Both the position numbers and the translations under genes were made by a program. The notes beneath the pieces were generated by a model, which saw only the letters and a list, made by a program, of their open reading frames with translations, did not search any database and was not told where the DNA came from. A DNA stretch of 62,427 nt from Kofleriaceae bacterium (GTDB lineage Bacteria; Myxococcota_A; Polyangia; Haliangiales; Haliangiaceae): assembly GCA_046597055.1 (NCBI GenBank), contig JBKJLC010000040.1:1-62427 (forward strand), written 5' to 3'. Below, piece after piece: positions 36,938 through 48,907 of this stretch. The stretch's first letter is position 1. Every line of letters begins with the position of its first letter.

Positions 36938-37238
36938 GGCGCTGGGTCCGCACCGATCGGGCGCGGCTCCAGGCGCGGCCGATCGATCGAAAGAGAGGCC
37001 GGGATTCGAGAGAATCACAGCCCCTGAGGCGCCGCGGGCTGACGCGGCGGCCCGTGGGTCGCGTCGCCTGAAAAAGCGAGCCGGGCACAGTCCCAGGCAG
37101 TCGCAGGTGTCGCAGCCCTGAAACTATGTAACCCGCAGTAGTCAGTGCGCTATTCGGGCGGCGGGCTGGCCAGATCGTGTCAGCGCGGCGGGGCTCTTTG
37201 CCGAGCCGGCCGAACCGAATTCTGGTATTGCGCCAGCC

Positions 37239-39512
37239 ATGAAGCGGAATGCGATCCTTTGCACGCTACTCCTCGCCGCCGCGTGCGGCGGTGGCAAGAA
37301 GACCGACGCGAACGTTGGCGGCACCGGCGGCGCCGGCGCGACCGGCCCCGGCCCCGGCGGCGGTGGCCCGACCGGCGACACCGCCCTCGACGCCCGCAAG
37401 GCCTTCACCAACCCGGGCGGCATGTGGACGCCCAAGCAGATGGAGCTGCCGCAGCACGCCGCCGAGCTGAAGGCGATGGGCGTCGCGCTGCCGGCCAAGA
37501 ACCTCAGTGACCCGCTGGCCGAGCCGCTCAATGCGGTGGTCTCGCTGGGCGGATGCACCGCCTCGTTCGTCTCGCCCGAGGGCCTGGTGATCACCAATCA
37601 CCACTGCGTGCAGGGCGCGCTGCAGATCAACTCGACCCCGGAGTCGAACCTGGTCGAGAACGGCTTCCTCGCCAGGACTCAGACCGAGGAGAAGTCGGCC
37701 GGCCCGGCCCAGAAGGTCATGGTCGCCCAGGCGTTCACGGACGTGTCGGCGAAGATGACCGGCGGCCTCGCCGACATCGCCGATCCGGTCAAGCGCAAGG
37801 ACGAGCTCGAGAAGCGCGAGAAGGCGCTGCTCGCCGCCTGCGAGAAGGATCGCCCCGGCATCCGCTGCGACGTGAAGAGCTTTTTCCGCGGCGCCGAGCA
37901 CACGCTCATCGAGTACCTCGAGATCCGCGACGTCCGCCTGGTCTACGTGCCGGCGCGCGCGGTCGGCAACTACGGCGGCGAGATCGACAACTGGGCGTGG
38001 CCGCGCCACACCGGTGACTTCTCGTTCTACCGCGCGTACGTCGGCAAGGACGGCAAGCCGGCCGACTACGCGGCCGACAACGTTCCGTTCAAGCCCAAGC
38101 ACTGGCTCAAGGTCGACCAGGACGGCATCCGCCAGCACGACTTCGTGATGGTGACCGGCTACCCGGGCAAGACCAACCGCGTGACCACCGCCGACGAGGT
38201 CCAGTTCTCGGTCGACGAGCAGCTGCCGTACCTGATCGAGCACCTCGAGCAGCGGTACGCGCTGCTCGAAGGCCTGATCAAGCAGGGCGGCGAGACCGCG
38301 ATCAAGGCCGGCGTCGGCAAGCAGGGCGTCCAGAACGCCCTCGAGAAGAACCAGGGCGTGCTGGCCGGTCTGAAGAAGGGCGACATGCTCGCCCAGAAAA
38401 AGGCGACCGACGTCAAGGTGCGCACCTGGGCCGCCGAGCCCGGCCGCGAGGCGTACGCGACCGCGATCGGCAAGCTCGACGCCATGCTGGTCGAGACCAA
38501 GAAGACCGCCCGCGCCGATTACGACTTCGGCGCGGCGCTGGGCTCGGGTCACCTCAGGAACGCGCTCCTCCTGGTGCGGCTCGCCGACGAGCGCACCAAG
38601 CCCGATGCGGAGCGCCGCGCCGGCTACCAGGAGCGCGACATGCCGCGCATCGAGGCCGGCCAGAAGACGTTCGTGCGCCAGTTCGACGCGACCATCGACC
38701 GCGCGATGTGGCGCCTCGGCCTGGTCCGCGCGCTGGCGCTGCCCGAGGCCGAGCGGCCGTGGCTGGCGGTGCTGGTCGGCGCCAAGAAGGGCCAGAAGGT
38801 CGCCGAGCCGATGATCGACAAGGCGCTCGACGGCTACTACGCGAAGACCACGCTGCTCGCCGACAAGGTGCGGCTGCCCCTGGTCACCAAGGCCACCCTG
38901 GTGCAGCTGAAGGCGTCCAAGGATCCATTCATCAAGGTGGCGCTGGCCCTGTGGCCGACCATCAAGAGCAAGGAGAAGATCGACGACGCCAAGTACGGCG
39001 AGTCGATCGTGGCGGCGCCGCAGTATGCGACCGCGATGCGCGAGGCGCTCGGCGGCTTCGTGTCGCCCGACGCCAACCTGACGCTGCGCATCACCTACGG
39101 CACGATCCGGCCGTTCGAGGTCGGGGGCAAGGCGTTCACGGTGGTGTCCGAGATCCCGGCCAAGGACAAGGGCGAGGAGCCGTTCGACGCACCCAAGAAG
39201 CTGCTCGAGGCGATCAAGGCCAAGAACTTCGGCCCATACGCCGACGCGACGCTCGGTGAGGTCCCGGTCAACTTCATCGCTGACCTCGACATCACCGGCG
39301 GCAACTCGGGCTCGCCCGTGCTCGACGGCCAGGGCGAGCTGGTCGGGCTCGCGTTCGACGGCAACCTCGAGGGCGTCGCGTCCGACGTGGTGTTCAACCA
39401 CGCGACCACGCGCACCATCATGGTCGACGCCCGCTACATGCTGTGGGTGATGGACCTGGTCGACGGCGCCGACAACGTGCTCGAAGAGCTGGGCGTCAAG
39501 CCGTCGCTCTGA
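37239..39512 (+). CDS. S46-family dipeptidyl peptidase lipoprotein (copy 1)
   Basis: Lipobox AAAC, GMW, TNHHC, WPRHTGDF, GGNSGSPV, AFDGN. Confidence 0.93.
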   Translation: MKRNAILCTLLLAAACGGGKKTDANVGGTGGAGATGPGPGGGGPTGDTALDARKAFTNPGGMWTPKQMELPQHAAELKAMGVALPAKNLSDPLAEPLNAVVSLGGCTASFVSPEGLVITNHHCVQGALQINSTPESNLVENGFLARTQTEEKSAGPAQKVMVAQAFTDVSAKMTGGLADIADPVKRKDELEKREKALLAACEKDRPGIRCDVKSFFRGAEHTLIEYLEIRDVRLVYVPARAVGNYGGEIDNWAWPRHTGDFSFYRAYVGKDGKPADYAADNVPFKPKHWLKVDQDGIRQHDFVMVTGYPGKTNRVTTADEVQFSVDEQLPYLIEHLEQRYALLEGLIKQGGETAIKAGVGKQGVQNALEKNQGVLAGLKKGDMLAQKKATDVKVRTWAAEPGREAYATAIGKLDAMLVETKKTARADYDFGAALGSGHLRNALLLVRLADERTKPDAERRAGYQERDMPRIEAGQKTFVRQFDATIDRAMWRLGLVRALALPEAERPWLAVLVGAKKGQKVAEPMIDKALDGYYAKTTLLADKVRLPLVTKATLVQLKASKDPFIKVALALWPTIKSKEKIDDAKYGESIVAAPQYATAMREALGGFVSPDANLTLRITYGTIRPFEVGGKAFTVVSEIPAKDKGEEPFDAPKKLLEAIKAKNFGPYADATLGEVPVNFIADLDITGGNSGSPVLDGQGELVGLAFDGNLEGVASDVVFNHATTRTIMVDARYMLWVMDLVDGADNVLEELGVKPSL

Positions 39513-39548
39513 TCACGCCGGCGGGGCCCGGCCCGCGCGACCGATGAT

Positions 39549-40457
39549 TCAGGAAGCCCTGGCCTTGCGCCGGGGCTTCGCGGTTTCGGCCACCGGCGGT
39601 GCGGCCAGGCGCTCGCGGGTCATGCCCACGAAGCGCGGATCGGCGTCGCCGCACAGCCAGCGCCGGCCGAGCCGCGCCGCGACCACCGCGGTCGTGCCCG
39701 AGCCGACGAACGGATCGATCACGAGGTCGCCCGGCTGCGACGACGCGAGGATGAGCTTCTCGATCAGCGCCTCGGGCTTCTGGGTCAGGTGGGCCGTCTT
39801 CTCGCCCATGCCGTTGCACAGGACCGGGATCTCGAAGACGTCGCGCGGCTTGGCGCCGAGCGGGTTGGGCTGCCAGGTGTCGCGCCGCTTGCCGCCGCCG
39901 TACTGCGAGGTCACCGCCTGCACGCGCTCGGGGTAGCGCGTGGTGTGGGCGTTGTACGGGATGCGCACCGCGTCGACGTCGATGCCGCCGCCCCGGCTCG
40001 CGCGCAGGTGCAGGATCGACTCGTGCGAGCGGCCCCAGTCGCGACCGAGGTTGGCCTTGTTGCGGTAGTACCAGACCAGCCACCGGCACTCGGCAAACCG
40101 CCTGGCCGAGCGCACCTTGACCTCGGCCAGGATCTCCGAGAAGCCGCACACGTAGGCGGTGCCGGTCGGCGCGAGGACCCGGCGGACCTCGGTCAGCCAG
40201 CCGTCGCACCAGTCGACGTAGGTGTCGAGGGACGCGAACTGGTCCCAGTCGTCCTTGCCGATCGCATAGGGCGGGTCGGAGACCACCAGGGCGGCGGAGC
40301 CGGTCGGCACCCGGGCCAGGAGCTCGTGGACATCGGCCCGCCACAGCGTGCCCCCCGCCGCCGCCAGCGCGCACACCGGCCCCGGGCCGCGCAGGTCGGG
40401 GGGGACTGGCGGCGGCGCGTGCAGCCGGGGCGGACGCTTGGGCACGACGCGGCACAC
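39549..40457 (-). CDS. Orphan N4-C/N6-A DNA methyltransferase (beta class)
   Basis: DPPY precedes HLTQKP and DPFVGSGTT. Confidence 0.9.
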   Translation of the reverse strand: MCRVVPKRPPRLHAPPPVPPDLRGPGPVCALAAAGGTLWRADVHELLARVPTGSAALVVSDPPYAIGKDDWDQFASLDTYVDWCDGWLTEVRRVLAPTGTAYVCGFSEILAEVKVRSARRFAECRWLVWYYRNKANLGRDWGRSHESILHLRASRGGGIDVDAVRIPYNAHTTRYPERVQAVTSQYGGGKRRDTWQPNPLGAKPRDVFEIPVLCNGMGEKTAHLTQKPEALIEKLILASSQPGDLVIDPFVGSGTTAVVAARLGRRWLCGDADPRFVGMTRERLAAPPVAETAKPRRKARAS

Positions 40458-40598
40458 TAGCCGAGACCCCCGACACCGGAGCCTGCTGCTCGGCGGGTGA
40501 CGCCGGTGACATCAGGCGCGCCTCACCGCTGTCAGGCATGGCCAGTCGGGAACCAGGGTCGTCGGGAACAGCCCGGCCGCGCGTGTTATTGAGCCTCG

Positions 40599-42863
<2,265 letters not shown>

Positions 42864-42924
42864 TCGGCGCGGTCGCCGCGCGGTGAGGTCCGTTCCGGCG
42901 CCCGATCGGCTATGTTTCCGGGCC

Positions 42925-43515
42925 ATGTCCGAGGAGCAGGCTGACGCCCCGATGATTCACCCGACCGCGGTCGTCGATCGCGGCGCGCAGATCGGGGCCG
43001 GGACCAAGATCTGGCACTTCGCGCACGTCACCTCGTCGGCCACGATCGGCGCCAACTGCGTGGTCGGCCACGCGTGCTTCATCGGCGACGTCACGATCGG
43101 AGACGGCTGCCGGATCCAGAACCACGTGTCGCTGTTCGAGGGCGTCTTCCTCGAGGGTGACGTGCTGCTCGGGCCCTCGTGCGTGTTCACCAACGTGAAG
43201 CACCCGCGCGCCCACGTGTCGCGGCGGGGCGAGTTCGAGCCGACCCGGGTCGGACGCGGCGCGACCATCGGCGCCAACGCGACCGTCGTGTGCGGCGTGA
43301 CGATCGGCGCCTACGCGTTCGTCGGGGCTGGCGCCGCGGTCGCCGCCGACGTCATGCCGCACGCGGTCGTGGTCGGCGTGCCGGCGCGGTGGATCGGCTG
43401 GGCCTGCCGCTGCGGCGAGCGCCTGCCGGGCTTCGACGGCACCGGCACCACGCTGTGCGCGCGCTGCGGCGACCGCTACCGCAGCGCCGGCGCGGGCATC
43501 GAGCTCGCGGCCTAG
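42925..43515 (+). CDS. Hexapeptide-repeat sugar N-acetyltransferase (WbpD-like)
   Basis: IHPTAVVD, KIWHF, RIQNHVS, VFTNV, GVPARWIGW; C-terminal CxCG..CxxC. Confidence 0.88.
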   Translation: MSEEQADAPMIHPTAVVDRGAQIGAGTKIWHFAHVTSSATIGANCVVGHACFIGDVTIGDGCRIQNHVSLFEGVFLEGDVLLGPSCVFTNVKHPRAHVSRRGEFEPTRVGRGATIGANATVVCGVTIGAYAFVGAGAAVAADVMPHAVVVGVPARWIGWACRCGERLPGFDGTGTTLCARCGDRYRSAGAGIELAA

Positions 43516-43658
43516 CGGGTCGGGGCCACCGCTGCCGCGGGCGTGTCCGCGAATCCCTGGCCGGCGCGCACACCGTGTCAGGAGGGCGCGCGGCGCGGCG
43601 CTAACCTGGCGCGCTCGCATCGGGCCCGCTGGCCTGATTCCCGCATGGAATCGAGCAC

Positions 43659-44180
43659 ATGCATCGCTTGTCCACGATCGTTTCTCTCCTCGCCGCGCTT
43701 GGCGGGCTGGCCGCGTGCAACAAGAAGGAGGACAAGGCGCAGCGCGCCGAGGCCCCCATCGAGGCACGTAGCGGCAGCACGGCGACCGGCACCGGCGTCT
43801 TCGTCGAGACCTCCGAGGGCGTGCAGGCCACCATCACCGTCAGCGGGGTCGGCCCGGGGCAGCACGGCCTGCACCTGCACGAGCAGGGCGACTGCAGCGC
43901 GCCCGATGCCGAGTCGGCGGGGCCGCACTGGAACCCCGACGGCGCGGCGCACGGCGCGCCCGGGAAGCCGGCGCACGCCGGCGACTTCGGCAACATCACG
44001 GTCGGCGCGGACGGCAACGGCCGCCTCGACATCCTGCTGTCGCGCATGACGGTGCGGCCGGGGCCGCACGCGGTGGTCGGGCGCGCGCTGGTGCTGCACG
44101 AGGGCCCCGACGATCTGATGACGCAGCCGTCGGGCAACTCCGGCGCCCGGATCGGCTGCGGCGTGGTCGCCGCGAAGTAG
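43659..44180 (+). CDS. sodC: Cu/Zn superoxide dismutase lipoprotein
   Basis: LAAC lipobox, HGLHLHE, SAGPHWNP, HAGDFGN, GRALVLH, GARIGCG. Confidence 0.93.
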   Translation: MHRLSTIVSLLAALGGLAACNKKEDKAQRAEAPIEARSGSTATGTGVFVETSEGVQATITVSGVGPGQHGLHLHEQGDCSAPDAESAGPHWNPDGAAHGAPGKPAHAGDFGNITVGADGNGRLDILLSRMTVRPGPHAVVGRALVLHEGPDDLMTQPSGNSGARIGCGVVAAK

Positions 44181-44183
44181 CGG

Positions 44184-45215
44184 TCAGGCGGCCGGGCGGC
44201 GCGGCGCGTAGAACTGGCGCAGGGCCAGCCACAGCTCGATCGGATCGAAGCCGAGCAGCGCGAACGGGCTGGCGCCCGACTCCTTCATCGCGGTGCGGGC
44301 GCGATCGGCCAGCCCGACCGCGCGGTCGCGAACGCCCTGCGGCAGGAGCGCGGCGAGGCCCATCGCGCCCCGCTGCGCGAAGGCCATCGCGGTGGCGCCG
44401 CCCAACAGGCCGAGCAGCCAGGCCGGCGCCGGATCGATCACCAGGCGGCGGGCGTTGAGCTCGCGGCCGAGGGTGTCGGTGGGGCCGAGCAGGATCTTGT
44501 CGACGGTGGCGCGCTCGAGGAAGACCCCGACGCACGGCCGGGCGAAGCGCTCGCCGATCGCCCGGGTCACCCGCTTGTGGGCGGTCTGCCAGTCGCGGGC
44601 GAGCTCGGCCTCCGGGATCGCGTCCTCGATCGCGCGGTGGGTGGTGACCAGCGCGATGTCGCCCTTGCGCTTGACCGCGATGACCGACGCGGCAATCGAC
44701 CGGCGGTCGTCGTCGATCACGTAGGCGCACAGCGCGGTGTCGTCGGGCACCAGCAGATCGAACGTGCGCTGCAGTCCTTCGTAGCCGGGCGTGGGCAGCA
44801 GGTCGAGCAGCGGCGGCTCGCTCCAGACGCCCTTGCCGCTGCGTTGCTTGAGCGCGCGCAGGGCAACCAGGCCCTGTGCGGCGAGGTCTTGATCCATGCT
44901 CAGGCCGCGCTCGATCTCGGCGGTGAGCTGGGTGGCCGCGCTGGCCTCGATCACCAGCACCGCGCCGACGCCGAGCCGCCGCGCGCACGCCTGGAGGTTG
45001 GCCGGGGTCGGCGGGAGCGTGAGCTGGGTCGGGTCGACCGCGCCGCGGGCCTCGTGACCAGCGACGATCAGCCGCTCGACCTGCGCCGGTGTGCCGGTGA
45101 TCACGGCCAGCGCCCAGCGCGGCCGATCGCGCACCGCAGGAGGGATCAGCAGCTCGAGCCAGCCCGACCAGTGCCGGGCGTCGAGCTCGGTGAGTAGCAC
45201 GTCACGTGAGAGCAC
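44184..45215 (-). CDS. Hypothetical protein
   Basis: 343-codon ORF with high GC3 and globular composition; no motif recognised. Confidence 0.75.
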   Translation of the reverse strand: MLSRDVLLTELDARHWSGWLELLIPPAVRDRPRWALAVITGTPAQVERLIVAGHEARGAVDPTQLTLPPTPANLQACARRLGVGAVLVIEASAATQLTAEIERGLSMDQDLAAQGLVALRALKQRSGKGVWSEPPLLDLLPTPGYEGLQRTFDLLVPDDTALCAYVIDDDRRSIAASVIAVKRKGDIALVTTHRAIEDAIPEAELARDWQTAHKRVTRAIGERFARPCVGVFLERATVDKILLGPTDTLGRELNARRLVIDPAPAWLLGLLGGATAMAFAQRGAMGLAALLPQGVRDRAVGLADRARTAMKESGASPFALLGFDPIELWLALRQFYAPRRPAA

Positions 45216-45279
45216 CTCGGTAGGCTAGCGGGACGGCCGATAACTTGAAAGTGGCCCGGACCCGGGCCACCCTGCGCGC

Positions 45280-45780
45280 ATGAACAAGAACCTGATGCTG
45301 CTGAGTGGGGCTGTTGCCCTGGTGCTGGGAGCCGGAACCGCGCTCGCGGGCGGCTCGGAAGGCTCGATCGGCGTGGGCGCCGAGGCCCAGCTCAACGGGC
45401 TGCAGGGCCTCTCGATGAACTACGACGCGGGCCCGTTTCATGTCGGCGGCTTCCTCGCGTTCAGCGACACGGACGCCGATGACAACACCGACATCGCGGT
45501 CGGCGGCCGATTCTACTACCACCTGCATGCCACCTCGATGGCCGACTTCGGCATCGGCGGCTCGATCGGCGTCGGGCTCTTCGGGGACGAGAACCCGAAC
45601 ACTGACAACGACCAGACGTTCATGTTCATCGAGCCCGGCTTCCAGATCCGCGCGTTCCTCGCGTCGAACGTGGCGCTGTCGTTCACCGGCGGTCTCAGCC
45701 TCGGCGTGGCCGACGCGTCGGGCGTCGGGGTCAACGGCCAGCTCAACGGCGCGGCCGGTGTCCACTATTACTTCTACTGA
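45280..45780 (+). CDS. Small outer-membrane beta-barrel protein
   Basis: Signal peptide ending ALA, alternating beta-strands, aromatic C-terminus VHYYFY. Confidence 0.8.
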   Translation: MNKNLMLLSGAVALVLGAGTALAGGSEGSIGVGAEAQLNGLQGLSMNYDAGPFHVGGFLAFSDTDADDNTDIAVGGRFYYHLHATSMADFGIGGSIGVGLFGDENPNTDNDQTFMFIEPGFQIRAFLASNVALSFTGGLSLGVADASGVGVNGQLNGAAGVHYYFY

Positions 45781-46111
45781 TCGGCTGCGCGCGGCGATCG
45801 CGCCGGGCAGCTCGCTGTCGACCGCCCTCCGGGCCGGGCTCGCGCTCGACCCGGCCTGGTCGGTCGTCGACGTGATCATCCAGGACGAGTTCACCCACGA
45901 CGTCGTGATGCAGGCGGCGCCGGACGGGCCCGCGCTCGTGCTCGACTGCACGTGACTGGGGCGCGTCGACGCGGTCTCCGTGTGGGACCATCGCCCGAGC
46001 GCTGACGAGCTGCTCACGACGCGGGTCACGGCGGGGTGGACGCCGACGCCGACCTCGACCGTCGATGGCGACGTGGTGATGGGTTTCGCGTGCAAGCTGC
46101 CGCGGCCCTGA
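45758..46111 (+). CDS. Candidate selenoprotein, 117 aa, in-frame TGA at 45953-45955
   Basis: ..DVIIQDEFTHDVV..LVLDCT-UGA-LGRVDAVSVWDHRPSADELL..; 47 of 51 post-UGA codons end in G/C; SECIS-like hairpin follows. GTG start is tentative. Confidence 0.7.
45956..45999 (+). promoter_or_regulatory. Bacterial SECIS-like stem-loop
   Basis: Lower stem CTGGGGCG/CGCCCGAG; upper stem GGTCTC/GGGACC; loop CGTGT begins 23 nt after the UGA. Confidence 0.6.
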
Positions 46112-46116
46112 CCGGG

Positions 46117-48054
46117 CTACTCGACGATCAGCATGCGCGCGTCGTGGGGACCGACCGGGATCGCCACGATTCCGGGTTCGCCCTCGTCGCTGAAGCGGGC
46201 CTGATCGAGCACGTCGCGCAGCCGGGTGCCGGTCGGCACCACCAGGCGCGCGATGTGGCGGCGATCGGCGGGGTGGACCAGGAAGACCGCGCGCACCGCG
46301 CCGTCGCCCGGCTGCGCGAACGCGTGGGCGTGGACGCTGCTCGGGCGCTCGACGAACCAGGCCTCCGGCGGGGCCAGCGCGGCCAGGTCCGCGGCGAGCC
46401 CGGCCAGATCGTCGAGCGAGCCCGGCTGCATCAGGCCGGCCTTGCGCGGCGGCGGCAGGTCGTCGCCGAGCGGCTGGCCCAGCTCGTCGACGGTCGGCAT
46501 CTCCGGGCCGAGGACGATCACGCGGCGGGCGTCGGCGGCCTGCTTGAGCGTGCGCCACAGCGTGCGGTCGACCCGGGCCTGGGTCGGCACGACGATCGCG
46601 CGCGCGGCCAGGAACCGGTCGAGCCCGGCGCTCTCGTCGACGATCACGTAGGGCACCCGGGCCAGGTCGAGCGCGGCCGCGACCGCGGCGAACCAGCGGC
46701 GGTGGGTGATCGCGGCCGGGTCACGCCCGAGCTCGGCCGAGCCGGCCGGTCCGAGCCCGAGCAACTCGCCGACGATCGGCGGCAACGGGTCGAGCAGCGA
46801 CGAGGCCAGCCCGTGGCGGACGTCGGCGCGCGAGCACACCAGCGCGACCGGGGCGACCCGGCGCAGGCGGGTCCAGTCGAGCGCCGCCAGCGCGGCGAGG
46901 ATCGGCGCGATCCAGCGCGCGGCCGGCAGCGGGTTGCCGCTGGCGTCGAGCGCGCCGCCGACCCAGCGATCCCGGTTCACGCCCATGTAGAACGACAGGC
47001 CGCGGACGCCGGCGGCGAGCAGGGTCAGCGTGACCGCGCGCTGGTCGTCGTCCTCGAACGGCAGGAGATACGGGACGAAGCCGGTGCCGAGCTCGGGCAC
47101 CAGCGGCACCGACGCGGTCGAGCCGACCAGGTGCAGGCCCCGCCGGCGCACGGTGTCGAGCCCGGCGGCCGAGGCGTACACGTCGATGCCGACCGGGCCG
47201 CCGACCGCGCGCTCGAGCCCGGCCAGATCGGCGAACCACGGCTCGCCCGGCGGCAGGTTGCCGAAGTGCGCGACCCCACCGAGGCCGGCGACGTCGAGCG
47301 CGACCGCGAACCGGCCCAGCGCGTGGGCGAGGTACGCGTCCTTGAACCGCACCCAGGCCGCGCACACCGCGGCGGTCTCGGCGGTCCAGGTGCGGGGCGG
47401 CGGCGCCTCGTGGCGCAGGTGCCACCAGGCGATCGCGTCGGGGTGGTAGTCGTGATCGAAGGCGCCGAGGCGGAAGAACATCTGCGCCTCGTTGTCGATC
47501 TGCAGCGCGACCACCGGGCCATCGGGCCACAGCCGTGGCCGCACGATCTCGGCGAGCGCGCCGAACCAGCCCTCGACCTCGTCGTGGAACTTCTCGCTCG
47601 CGTACGACGGCACCGGGAACCCGCGCGGCGGCGCCGGCAGCCACACCGGCCCGCCGTGGTTGCCGCGGGCCTGGATCTCGGGATCGCGCAGCACCCGCTC
47701 GGGGAAACCGAAGAAGGTCAGCTCGGCATTGATGTGGGGGCCGGGCCGCAGCGCCGCGACCAGCCCGGCGGCGGCGACCGCGTCGAGCCAGGCGCCCAGA
47801 TCGCGATCGCCGGTCCAGTCGTACGAGCGATCCGCGCGCTCGTGCACCGACCACGGCACGTACGACTCGACCACGGTGACCCCGAGCCGCGCCAGCCCGT
47901 CGAGGCAGCGCCGCCACGCCGCGCGCGGCGTGCGCCAGTAGTGCATCGCGGCGCCGTAGAACGGCACGTGCCGCGGCGCCGCGCCGGCTTCGCCCGGCGG
48001 CCCGGCGAGGACTAGGCCGTCGTCGTCGAACCAGGTGCGGCGATGTTCTTCCAC
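46117..48054 (-). CDS. Beta-galactosidase-like glycoside hydrolase (GH35-type)
   Basis: AMHYWR, YVPWSVHE, LRPGPHINAE, QIDNE. Confidence 0.8.
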   Translation of the reverse strand: MEEHRRTWFDDDGLVLAGPPGEAGAAPRHVPFYGAAMHYWRTPRAAWRRCLDGLARLGVTVVESYVPWSVHERADRSYDWTGDRDLGAWLDAVAAAGLVAALRPGPHINAELTFFGFPERVLRDPEIQARGNHGGPVWLPAPPRGFPVPSYASEKFHDEVEGWFGALAEIVRPRLWPDGPVVALQIDNEAQMFFRLGAFDHDYHPDAIAWWHLRHEAPPPRTWTAETAAVCAAWVRFKDAYLAHALGRFAVALDVAGLGGVAHFGNLPPGEPWFADLAGLERAVGGPVGIDVYASAAGLDTVRRRGLHLVGSTASVPLVPELGTGFVPYLLPFEDDDQRAVTLTLLAAGVRGLSFYMGVNRDRWVGGALDASGNPLPAARWIAPILAALAALDWTRLRRVAPVALVCSRADVRHGLASSLLDPLPPIVGELLGLGPAGSAELGRDPAAITHRRWFAAVAAALDLARVPYVIVDESAGLDRFLAARAIVVPTQARVDRTLWRTLKQAADARRVIVLGPEMPTVDELGQPLGDDLPPPRKAGLMQPGSLDDLAGLAADLAALAPPEAWFVERPSSVHAHAFAQPGDGAVRAVFLVHPADRRHIARLVVPTGTRLRDVLDQARFSDEGEPGIVAIPVGPHDARMLIVE

Positions 48055-48830
48055 GTGCGGTCCTCGAGAATGAAGCGGCTGGGGCCCACCGCCAGCGGAT
48101 GATCGGCGGGCATCGGGGCGAGATCGCCGGTCCCCGCGGTGACGTACTCGGGGTCCCACGGCAGCAGCAGCGCGAAGCCGCCCGCGGGCAGCGGCGCCAT
48201 GCGCGGCATGATCGGATGCGGCGCCCGGCTCCGCTCGGCGGCGAGCGCGACCACCTCGTCGACGGTCCGCGCGCCGGACAGCTCGGCCAGGGTGCGGATC
48301 TGCGGCGGCGGCAGCGCCAGCTCGCCGGCGCGGGCGAGCGCCGCGGCCGGGGTCAGCCAGGCCTCGTCGACCGTCTCGTGCGAGTCGAACGACGGCGCCT
48401 GGTCGGCGGGAAGGACCGCGACGTAGAAGCGCGCGCTGAACCGCTTGCCCTCGGCGCTCGGCGTGATCCAGTGGCTGTAGTAGGCGAGCTGGCCGGGATC
48501 GAGCACCAGGCCGGCCTCGGCGAGCAAGGCGGCCAGCGGCTCGCCGGCCAGGGCCCGCAGGCGCAGCGCCGCGGCCAGGTCGCGGTCGACCGCGGTGGTG
48601 GCCAGCAGCACGCCGGCCTCCTCGAACAGCTCGCGCGCGGCGGTGAGGCGCAGATCGTCCTCGCCGGCGTCGACCGCGCCACCGGGAAAGACGTAGGCGC
48701 CGCCCATGAACGACGCGCTCTTGCGCCGGCGCAGCAGGAACACCTCGAAGCCGGCGGCGCGGTCGAGGTCCGGGCTCGGCGCCGCGCGGAGCAGGATCAC
48801 GGTCGCGGCGTCGCGCGGCGTCGAGAACAC
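48012..48830 (-). CDS. NUDIX hydrolase
   Basis: AATVILLR, FPGGAVD..AARELFEEAGV, HWITP, RFSARFY. Confidence 0.88.
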   Translation of the reverse strand: MFSTPRDAATVILLRAAPSPDLDRAAGFEVFLLRRRKSASFMGGAYVFPGGAVDAGEDDLRLTAARELFEEAGVLLATTAVDRDLAAALRLRALAGEPLAALLAEAGLVLDPGQLAYYSHWITPSAEGKRFSARFYVAVLPADQAPSFDSHETVDEAWLTPAAALARAGELALPPPQIRTLAELSGARTVDEVVALAAERSRAPHPIMPRMAPLPAGGFALLLPWDPEYVTAGTGDLAPMPADHPLAVGPSRFILEDRTWKNIAAPGSTTTA

Positions 48831-48907
48831 GGCTGGTGGTAGCACTGCGTCCGGGTCGGGCGCAATCGGCTCGCATGGCCGGGCCCGGCCGTGCTAACCG
48901 AGTCTCC

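Noticed and set aside
37019..37195. Assignment as 6S or SRP RNA
   Set aside because: The size fits 6S, but I see neither the SRP GGAA/AGCAG domain-IV motif nor a convincing 6S central bubble; left as an unnamed structure.
39549..40457. Restriction-modification system or prophage remnant
   Set aside because: No endonuclease, integrase or phage gene is adjacent.
45953..45955. Simple nonsense mutation (pseudogene) or two separate tiny genes
   Set aside because: Not excluded, but disfavoured by the Cys at -2, the SECIS-like hairpin, and the lack of an evident RBS or start for the downstream half.
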